From: the human T2T-CHM13v2.0 reference genome, Homo sapiens
Assembly (NCBI RefSeq): GCF_009914755.1
Contig: NC_060932.1
Length of the DNA: 64,000 nt
Reading direction: 5' to 3' (one strand)
The notes beneath the pieces are model-generated. The model was not told the DNA's origin. It did no database searches and saw only the letters and a program-made list of their open reading frames with translations. How positions within the stretch are numbered: the first letter of the stretch is position 1; each line of letters begins with the position of its first letter. A program made the translations under genes and the position numbers. Positions 53,931 to 64,000 of this stretch are shown piece after piece.

Positions 53931-56029
53931 TTCTCATATGCTATATATGTCTATCTTTCCTTTTATGACTTTTAGATTCTTCTCTAAACAGATTAATTGA
54001 AAATGAAAAAAATGTTTTTCGATGGAGGCAGGAACTGAAAGACATTTTGATGAACAATGAATGAACAGGTTGGACAGGAATAGAAGGTTGTGCAGCAGAG
54101 AAACTCCTGGGTTGTAATGAGTGTATATAAATTAAATGAGCCATTTATCAGAATGTCAGAAAATAATATGGGAAAGTTCCACTGATGCCAGCCTGTGAAG
54201 GTTCACATACTAGACTAATTACTTTGAAGTGGCCTATAAACACAGAACTGTTGAAACATTTTGAATTGGATAGTAGAATGGTGGAAATATGATTTAATAA
54301 AGATTAATTTGCAAGATAGTTGGGAAAAGTGAAGTTCAGATTCAAGGAAACCAATATTTCAAGAACAATTTATTGAACAGACACTATTCTAGGCACTTGA
54401 GATACATCAATGAAAATCGTTAGGAATCACCTGTAAGGAATATGGTTACAGCATAAAGACAGGAAGATGTAAAATAACAGCAGCAGGGATGGGAGGAAAA
54501 AGAAAGAGAGAGTGAACATATGATAAGAATCAAGATGAGAGTGAGGAAGCTGATTCGGGTACTGAGCCTTGGAAATTAGAGCATGACTGTAATATTGAGA
54601 GACAAAGGTAAATTAGAAGAAGAAAGAAGAATATGGAGTGGACAGAAGCAGTAGAGGCAGTGGTGTGTGTATTTGCCACCTGGGCTGCCTTATGAGATTA
54701 TTGGCCATCAGCACAGACCTCCCAGCAGGCTGGAGTCAATCCATTAATCAGCCATTATTGAGAAAGACATTTCAATCAATTACAAACTCATTTGACTGTA
54801 TTGTCATTAAGCTCACATTTATCTACCTTGTCTTTAAGGATGTTACTCCTTTTATTTTGAAAACAATTATTGAGCAATCACCTATTTACTGCTTCTCAGA
54901 CTCTGTGCCAAGTGCTAGGAATACAGTCTATCATCCCTGACCTGTCTTATCACCTATGACACAATGCAATAGGACACTATAAAGTGAGAGGGGATTTCCC
55001 TCCAGGGAGTTAGTTTAGTTCTGACCATTGAAGACGGAGATGGAGGCAGGAAAATCTGTACTGAGAAGACTCCTTGGGAGAGGAGGTAGCACATGAGCTG
55101 AACTGACGAGGTACAAGAAGTTCAACAGAAGACAAAAATCCACATAATATTTCATTGGCGAAGACATTTTAGCACCAGCCTGCCCTCATATAAGGACAAT
55201 TTGTATTTTAGCTTATTTTCTTTGTATTTACCTTACAGTGTAAGTTTATTCTGGTGGAGCTCAGTCTAAAGGATCCTATTTACTTCTTTCTGACAAAGAA
55301 TAGTGGAGAGTTTGAAGTGTGGGCAGGTAGGGTTAGGTGTTTCCTCCTTTGTGCTCCCACAGCAGCGACTGTCAGCATTTCTCACAGTAATTATCTGCTT
55401 CTTTGTCCATCTTCTCCTGAGGCTTTGACCTCTTCCTGGGAAGGAACCTCTCATAATCATTATCTAGTGTTTGTACTAGTAAAGAAACTTGTGTTTGCAA
55501 GTGAAAGAGGTCAACACAAACCAAACTTACACTCGTCAACCAAACACACAGAGAAAAGCAGGGGAATTCATAGACCCATGTAACAGGAAGGGATTCAATC
55601 TGAGTTAGGTCCAGCTGCTCAAGTCACGTGTTCTGGGATGAGTCTTCACACCATTCTGCTTTCCCCTGTAATGACTGTAATGTGGGTTCTCTCTTAATGG
55701 TGTCAAAATAGATTCGGATTCTTCAATGATAGTCTATCCTCTCTGAGACTCCTGCAGAAAGAGCAAGTCTCCATTTTTGAAAGTTCTAAATAAAATCCTC
55801 AAAATGAGACTTGTGGGCTCTTATTGGGTCACATGTGAATTGCTGAATGAATTACTGTGGATACGGTCTAAACCATATGGATTGAGAATGAGTAAGTGTG
55901 ATTTCCTGCAGAAAACTGTGGAGCTGTTAACTGAAGCCCAGGGAGTGGATACCAAGAAAATGAAAGCAAAAAATGCTCAGTATGCTTGCAATATTTATGC
56001 ATCAGTGAGAGCACATTCCATGCAAGCAG

Positions 56030-56360
56030 CTCTTTGATGAATTTTACCCATAATCTTACTTAATCTTTAGGTAACTCCATGAGAAAAGGGTCATCATCCC
56101 CATTTTCCCGGATAGGAAACTAAAGCAGGAAGGTTAATTATTTAGTATAAGATTTAATGTAAGTTTAAATAATTTATCAAATAATTTGACAAATTACTTA
56201 ATAAAATTAATTAAAATTAAATAATTTATTAAATTCAGTATATTACGTTAAAATGTAAGTATAAATTATTTAGTATAAGATTAAATAGCTGTTATATAGT
56301 AAATTCAGGAGTTGAGCCTAAGTATGTGTGACTATAAAATTCCTATTTTGTCCATTGTAC
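56030..56360 (-). mobile_element. MIR interrupted by an AT-rich insertion
   Basis: catccccattttcccggataggaaactaaagc ... caggagttgagcctaagtatgtgtgact. Confidence 0.65.
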
Positions 56361-58005
56361 TGAGCTTTCAGAGCAACGTTGCCAGGGTCTGGGCCTCCCT
56401 TTTCCACAGATAACCTGCCTCATGACAATGATGGTTGCAAACGTATAATGTCTACAAATTAGTCTTCATTCAAAATCCATGCTTGCTTGCTTTTTATGTT
56501 TTTATTAAAAGACATACAAAGAAAGCTTCCCCTAAATTTCCATCACAAAGCTATTAAAGTGAATCAAAGTAGTATGGGTCTCAGAGTGAGGGAGCCACCC
56601 CCAGGATGGGAGACTCTAGAACAGGTAAGCACTCTAGTTATTTCCAATTATAGATAAGAAAATGGGAGCACTGAGAGTTTAAATATCATAGCTAAGTTCA
56701 CAGAGCTGATAAGCAATGTGATTAAGATTTGACGCCTGAATATGCAAGGTCAGGACCCTCCCCTGGGCTTCATCAATACGTCATCCCACCTTTCCAGGAA
56801 TTACTCCCTTCTGTGAATCACCAGTGGAAATTTTTCTTCTTCCAACCACTCTGTCCAAGTCAGTTTCTTGATCTATCAGTTCTTTCAGAAGAGAAAATGG
56901 AATTATTTGTCATGATTTGTTTTCAAAGGACTTAGGCTTACTCCTCTGAATGTCTACTTCTCTTCTAACTACTCATTTCTTCCTTGTATGAGATTGTATA
57001 TAGCACAGCAGTGTGGGCTTGAGATGAACAAGATCACAGAACTCTATCAAGGTGACTTTTTCAAATGCCTACAGCCCTTTAAAAAGCAAGATTGATATAA
57101 TGATAATATGTTTATATAGGAGTTTGTTCTTACCCTTTAAAAACACTTACTGAAGTACTTAAGGGAGATATGTTCATGTCTATAATTTACTTTTTTAAAA
57201 AATATAGCAAAAATAAATACATGAAGCAATGACAATGTGCTAATTGGTAAATCTCAGTAATGGGTTTTTATCTTTAATTATGTGAAAAGTTTTACAATAA
57301 AGGGTAAAAAAAACACAGCCAAGTAAAAGAGTAAGTAATGATTATATAATAGAGATTGAGGTAGTGAATACTAAGAAATAATCACTTATCTACTTCTATT
57401 CTCATTAAAGCAGACACTGATGAGTTTACCAAATGAGACAGGCATGGTGTTGAACACTTTTCATCCACTGTCTCCATTAATCCACAGCAATCCTATGAGG
57501 TTGGGATTATTCTCTCCATTTTGGATGAGAAAACTGAGATTGGAAGAAATGAAATGGCTTGTTTCAGAGTACTCTTAACCAAGGCAGTGCACTCTCTTTG
57601 CCTTAGGGAAAGCTGTGCAGAAGTGGCTGACTTGAAAGAATTCAGGATAGCCAGGAGTAGGCAGGTTGGGTAGGTGAAGGCACCAAGGGAATGATAAAAT
57701 GGATGAATGGGGAGAAGGCTAACAATAGCAGGTCCCAATGAGGCCTGAAGATTTCAGTGAAGTGATGAGGTTGAGGTTGGGGAAGTAAAAGTACTAGGGA
57801 GTGGTTTGTTTTATGACTCTACTGGTACATGTCATGTATGTAAGAGGTATGGGGCATAATTGATGACTACTGAAATTTCCAAGAATGAGGATGCAATTGG
57901 CATAGATGGGAAGAAGATGTAAGTAGGAGTGGGAAGGATATATTTTAGGCAGGAGTTCTTGCCTTGTTAAGAAATCACAACATACCAGCTATCCCATTCA
58001 ATTCT

Positions 58006-58356
58006 TTATTTTTTCTTTCTTCTTCTTTCTTCTTCTTCTTTTTTTTTTTTTTTTTTTTTTTTTTGTTGTTGTTGTTGTTGCTGTTGAGATGCAGTCTCGC
58101 TCTATCACCAGGCTGGGGTGCAGTGGCACAAACTGCAACCTCTGCCTCCCGAGTTCAAGCGATCTCCTGCCTCAGCCTCCTGAGTAACTGGGATTACAGG
58201 CACCTGCCACCAGGCCCAGCTAATTTTTGTATTCTTAGTAGAGACAGGGTTTCACCATGTTGGTCAGGCTGGTCTTGAACTCCTGACTTCAAACAATCCA
58301 CCCGCCTCGGCCTCCCAAAGTGCTGAGATTACAGGCGTCATCCACCATGCCCAGTC
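58006..58356 (-). mobile_element. AluS with a (TTC)n/Tn/(TTG)n tail
   Basis: Reverse Alu with a small right-arm deletion; 16-bp TSD tatcccattcaattct (57990-58005, 58357-58372). Confidence 0.94.
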
Positions 58357-59344
58357 TATCCCATTCAATTCTAAGGCTGATCAGGAGAAAGGTTACTAAC
58401 AACAACTCCCCAGTCTATAAGATTGTTTTGACAAAGGGAAAAGGATTTTAATTAATTAATTTTAGCATCTCCAAAATAATTCACTACTTTTTAATAAGTA
58501 TTTCCTTTGAGTAAAGGGTACTGGCCTGGATTCCAACTAGAATTCAATTTTAAAAGACATTTTGCTAATTGGGCAGGGGGAAAAGTCCTATCTAAGAAAA
58601 TGCGGTCAAATGTGTGCTGTGTTGGAATTCTGCTGGTGGCTTGGGGAGTGGGTGTGAGCAAAGCAAATAATTTTTGTAAAATTGAAATTAGCTTATTTCA
58701 GTTTATAGCTTTTCACTTAATTTTCAAATACAAGTGGCTATTTCTAAATGAAGTAAAATAGTGTAAATTGTCCTACTCATCCAGTAAATACAAAAACAAA
58801 CAACTGTGAGCCAGGTCGGCGGGGAGGTGGGGGGGGTCCCTATCCAAAGCTTGCTTTTACATCTCCCTTCAGTTCTCATTAAAGTAAGTACCAAAGATCA
58901 AACAAACCCAGGACCCATGCTGAAGGCTAGGGCTCAAGTTGTTTACTTCATCTGTGCCAGAAGCCTGCTTGGCCACCAGGCTGGGATGCAGTCACATGGG
59001 TTGAAGGATAATAAATAATCCTATTTCACCCTCCCAGATCTCCATCAAGAGCCACCAGGGAGCAGTAGATCACTAAGTCACTCACCCGGCTGCCTCTGGT
59101 TAGACATTTGCTTGAAAACAAATGGGAAAGCTTATAGAAGGGGAAGAAGGAAGGAGAAAGAATAATGGCACCAATAATTCACATCTGTGTGGCATTTTGA
59201 TTCTCAAAGGGCTTCACATATATGCTTGTTTTTATCTTGCCTTTTCATGAGCAGGACGCGCATCATTAGTCTCATTGTACAGAAGAGGAATCCAAGACCC
59301 AGAAATGCTAAGGCAGGAATTTGTTCTAAATCATCCAGCTTGTT

Positions 59345-59580
59345 CAGAACATGGGCTAGGAGGACAAATGCCCCTGTTTGAATCCTGGCTTTACCACTTA
59401 TGAGTTATGTGACCTTGGATGTTACTTAACCTCTCTGTGACCCCATTTCCTTTTCTGTAAAATGGAGCAAAGGATAGTATCCATCTCAAAGCTTGCTGTG
59501 GGGATCAAATGATAGATTGTATGTCAAGTGCTAAGAACATTTTTGGCACAAACTATTTGATAAATACTGCTATTATATTT
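59345..59580 (+). mobile_element. MIR
   Basis: tttgaatcctggctttaccactta...gttacttaacctctctgtga...tctgtaaaatgg. Confidence 0.85.
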
Positions 59581-60470
59581 GTAGAATGTCTTATGGTTCA
59601 CACAAAGTGTATTCAGTTCAACTACATTTATTAAACACCAGAGCCAGGCACTGTGCTAAATTCTGGAGATGCTAGAAAAAATCACTTATGATCCCACCAT
59701 GCTTTGGGTCACAGGGAAATGTAAGAGATAAGTGGAAATACACCGACACATTTGGTATAAAGTGTTATTTTTAAGCAACAAAGGTAATTAGAGGGAGAAT
59801 TTAGCCCAGTCTGGGAGTATTAGAAAGGACTCCCTGAAGGAAAATACTTTTCTAGCTTTACCTTTGCTAAACACCCTCTGGAAAAAAAGTGTAATTTTTG
59901 TCTATTCTATGAATGCATGGAAAAAAGCTCAGATAAGTTAAAGGACTTCCCAAAGTCCCTCAGTGAATGGCAAAGTGGTGTCTCAGTTATGCTACCCCAT
60001 CCCAAGGATACATTTCCTGTGAATAAAGTCATTAAGTAATAAGCTGTTTTTTTTCTTTTCTCCCACTATCTTTCTTGCCTAAAAGGAAACAAAAACTATA
60101 TTTCTTTCTGCAACCCCCCTTTTTGCCCTGAAAAATTTGGCACGGTGCCAAATTCTGTAAAATCCACCATCTGCTAAGAGTCACAGAACCTAGACCAAAA
60201 GGGACAACGGTATACCATGATGAATCTAGAGGGATAGAAACGTACATGTTGTGGAATCCTCATTTGACTACTAAAAGCTCTATGACAATAGGCAAGCAAC
60301 TTAACCACATAGTCTCATTTTTTTTTCATTCATGAAATAGAGCAATACGAGTTTCCATCTCCTAGAATTGCTATGATGACTAGATGTCAAGTCCTTAGCT
60401 TGTGCTTGGCTGACTTTATAATTGCTCAATAGACATTCACTGTTAACTTTAGCTAGAAAAATGTAATCTA

Positions 60471-60707
60471 CAGGAGGATCACTTGAGTCCAGGAGGTTAA
60501 GGCTGCAATGAACTGTGTTCACACCACTGCACTCCAGCCTGGGTGACAGAGAAAGACACTGTCAGAAAGAGAGAAAAAGAGAGAGAAGGAAGGAATAGTG
60601 GGAAGGAAGGAGAGTGGGAAGGAAAGGAAGGGAAGGAGGGAGGGAGGGAAAGAGAGAGAGAAAGAAAAAAGAAAGAGAAAGAAAAGAAAGAAAGAAGAAG
60701 AAAAAAA
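60471..60707 (+). mobile_element. 5'-truncated AluJ/FRAM right-arm fragment with a GA-rich expanded tail
   Basis: caggaggatcacttgagtccaggaggttaaggctgca...gacactgtc then (GGAA/GAAA)n; possible TSD aaaaatgtaatcta / aaaaatttcatcta. Confidence 0.85.
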
Positions 60708-61254
60708 TTTCATCTAGTTCACTCAATTCTTACCTCTGGTCTGACCACAGATATCACCTGTGCATTCTTTTCTGAAAGCCATCCTAGGAGGCATCTATAG
60801 CTTCCCTTGTAAAGTATTTCAATGTTTGATCAATCTCACACCTGGAAATCCAACTCTTCCATACATTGTCCTTGCTTTCACTTAAAATTTCAACATTCTG
60901 CACTCAGAAAAAAATAAAAAGAGACAATCTCTGGTCGTGTTTTTTCCTGGATAAATCAATGAACATCACAAGTTACTCTCGCTCAAACTGTCTCATCCCA
61001 AGAACTTCATTTTTGTCTTTAGAAGGTTTTGATTTTCCTCCTTTCATCTGCTGATGGACAGGGCTCTTTCATGCCCTGAGATTGCTGTGGTGATAATGCA
61101 GGTATCTGGTCATAATATCGTGTGTGTTGTGTTCTTTGTTTTCAAAGCACATTCACGTGCTCACCTTGTTGATCCGAAAACAACTGAGTGAGGCCTGGAG
61201 AGCAGATACTATCCCCACATTTAGGAAAGGAAGCATAAAGGAAAGAAAAACAGC

Positions 61255-61460
61255 AGCCATCATTGCTAAGCACTGATTGTATCCCAGGTGTTCTATGTCT
61301 GTTGTCTCATTTGAACTTCCTGAAAGCCCACTCCAGTAGGTGTTATCAGATCAATTTGCTGGAGAGAAAAGTGAGACTCAGAGAGGGAAGTTCTGTACTC
61401 AAATTTCTCCAGATAGTGAGTGGTGGAGCTGAGACTTCAGTCAAATCTCTCCTAGTCCAA
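61255..61460 (-). mobile_element. MIR
   Basis: ggagagaaaagtgagactcagagaggg...gtgagtggtggagctgaga. Confidence 0.7.
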
Positions 61461-61762
61461 AGCCAATAAACTCAATCACCGGCCTGTTGAAGATTTGTTC
61501 AAACCATCAGTGACTAACATGGCATTAAAATCCAAGACTCCTGATTCTCAGTCTGGGCATTGTTCATTAAACCATTCATTCAATCTTTAATTCTTCAAGG
61601 TGCTGGAGCTACAGTTGCCTATGATTAAGACAGTTGCCACTCATGGAAAACTGCTTTGTGGCTTCTCCATTCCTAGTCTCCTATTCTTAGCTTCCTAGGT
61701 CATGCCTACAATTTTGGAGTTCTCAAGCATGCAGTCAGAGAGTAATAAGTTATGTGTGCCTC

Positions 61763-61793
61763 TGTGTGTGTGTGTGTGCGTGTGTGTTTGTGT
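61763..61793. repeat. Imperfect (TG)n
   Basis: tgtgtgtgtgtgtgtgcgtgtgtgtttgtgt. Confidence 0.9.
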
Positions 61794-62118
61794 AAATTTT
61801 ATGTTTATTGTCCATCCAGAATTTGCTAGATTCTACAGCAAGAATAAAGATTTGTCAGGCCAAACATCACAATTCAGCAACAAGAATATTTCTTCAAACA
61901 TAGAGTTGGATGTGGAGAAAAGTAAAAAATATACTGGAAGTTTCTTCCTTTCACCTGATTGTCAAGTGCATGTGAACATACATCCATACTCACAGCTGGA
62001 TTGTGAGGCAAGCGCTGAGCTGAGGGAAAGATTGTAACCATGTCCACCTTACCCTGGGAGAATGTGCTCATGTTACTGTTTGAGATGCTTCACTCTATCT
62101 CATTTTCTGTTTCAAAAG

Positions 62119-62190
62119 GAGATGATGGTGAAAAAGGAGATCCAGGAGAAGAGGGAAAGCATGGCAAAGTGGGACGCATGGGGCCGAAAG
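62119..62190 (+). CDS. COLEC10: COLEC10 coding exon 2: 8 Gly-X-Y triplets (G-DDGEKGDPGEEGKHGKVGRMGPK-G)
   Basis: Acceptor ttttctgtttcaaaag|GA, donor AAG|GTAACT; 72 nt, phase 1-1; Gly at every third codon; in frame with exon 1. Confidence 0.96.
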
Positions 62191-63587
62191 GTAACTAAAA
62201 TGATGTGAAACTGACATTTTAATATCATAATTGTTCTTCTATCTCTCCTGGCCCTTGCCCTGGAAATTAGCAGCTTTCATAATGCCCTCTGCCCCAACAA
62301 TGCCTGAAATATATTTCACACATGAATTAACTCGCCATCTGAATGCCCCTCTGAGATTACCTGTCAACAAGACTCTCATATGTTTCTCAAGTTGCATTCT
62401 TTAGGGCTGGCTGGTGTGGGACACTGGGAGCCCCAGGGAAAAGCACTGTCTGAGAATATTTAAGAAACGATGTGTTATAGTGCTGTGTTCATAGCTGTGT
62501 CTCCCTTCTAAAGCCACTGCTAAGCAGCATTTTTTTTTTAAGCTGGCATAGAGCTTAAGGAGGAAGATAAAAAGAAACAAAAAGGGCTACCTGATTCATT
62601 GATCTATTCACCTTTCCCCAAGATCTCTTTATTTCTTTAATTCCCTCCTTTGTTATATACAAAAGAATAACACACTGGAGAAATGGTGGGGTACGGGAGG
62701 AGTGGAATCAAAGATGAAGAGAGTAACACAGATATGATTAGGAAGTGTCTTCACTCACAAAGTTGGGAGTTGGCCTCACCAAAATATAACTTCTAGGTTG
62801 TGATGTGTATGTGTGCACCTTCTGAACACTTGAAATATTTCTTGCCAACTGCTACAAGAGGGCTGCCCTAGACCACTTATTTTAAAATCTTGAATAGTTT
62901 AAAAGAAAGAGAGACTCACAGACCTGTGAGACCTCAATTTGGGAAATGCTGACTTAAACCTATGTATACATATGCATGTCGATTACAAGATTATTCTTAC
63001 AAAATAAAGATTTTTAATTGGCAAATATTTTTTAGACTTTTATAAAAAGAAATAGCATTGGAAGAGCTCAGTGATTCCTAACCATAGTTTTTTGAATGAA
63101 AACTCAGCAGGACCATGTCTGATGTTTCTTTGATCATTAGGTTTTATGACTGCATGTTCCCCGCCCTGTTTTTAAGTGGCACAATTGTTAAATCTTGTTT
63201 TAAAAGAGAGAAGAAATAGAATTCCAGAAGGAAGACAAAATAGAGCTAAAGAAGAACAAAACCAGAATCGAGTCAAGAATACTTTCACCTGGCCCTTCTC
63301 TAACCTTTCTTTTAAACATCCTCTGCCATAGTCATTCTAGAAATACTACATCAGCAAGTATTTTAATATCATCATGTCCGTAGTATATATTCATACTCAC
63401 TCACATTTTAATTTTAATACATACATTATAAGTCTGTTAAACTAGACAATATAGCATGGGATATATATTAGATATCACTGGTAGAAGAATATACTTGTTG
63501 GTATTTCTTTCAAGTGAATATCACATTAGCCACATTTCAAGGGAAGATAAAACCTTATGATAAAAAGATAACATGTTTGCTTTTCAG

Positions 63588-63659
63588 GAATTAAAGGAGA
63601 ACTGGGTGATATGGGAGATCAGGGCAATATTGGCAAGACTGGGCCCATTGGGAAGAAGG
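63588..63659 (+). CDS. COLEC10: COLEC10 coding exon 3: 8 Gly-X-Y triplets (G-IKGELGDMGDQGNIGKTGPIGKK-G)
   Basis: Acceptor tttgcttttcag|GA, donor AGG|GTAAGT; 72 nt, phase 1-1; continuous collagen frame. Confidence 0.96.
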
Positions 63660-63706
63660 GTAAGTTGCATCTTACTATTCTCCAGTAGCAATTCAAAGCA
63701 AATTGA

Positions 63707-64000
<294 letters not shown>

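Overview
AT-rich, CpG-poor, repeat-dense primate (almost certainly human) genomic DNA. The only protein-coding sequence I can support is the 5' half of COLEC10 (collectin liver 1, CL-L1) on the + strand. Coding exon 1 (39703-39850) encodes the signal peptide, N-terminal Cys segment and collagen start. It is followed by a ~22.3 kb intron and two 72-nt phase-1 collagen exons (62119-62190, 63588-63659). The neck and lectin exons lie beyond the window. The first ~39 kb is upstream sequence with Alu, L1/HAL1, L2, MIR, MaLR LTR and DNA-transposon remnants, and almost all listed ORFs are repeat-derived or chance ORFs. I found no convincing undescribed biological system. The best leads are: (i) a diverged ~120-bp direct duplication of apparently unique sequence at 18.5/22.2 kb; (ii) inverted Alus bracketing exons 2-3, whose 144-nt circle would be a stop-free Gly-X-Y loop; (iii) an NF-kB/NFAT-like motif cluster at the start of intron 1 and three forkhead motifs in the promoter; (iv) unusual retroelement structures (left-monomer-only Alu with TSD, internally deleted L1, three-level nested insertion). 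Repeat subfamily names and boundaries without a TSD were assigned by eye and are approximate.
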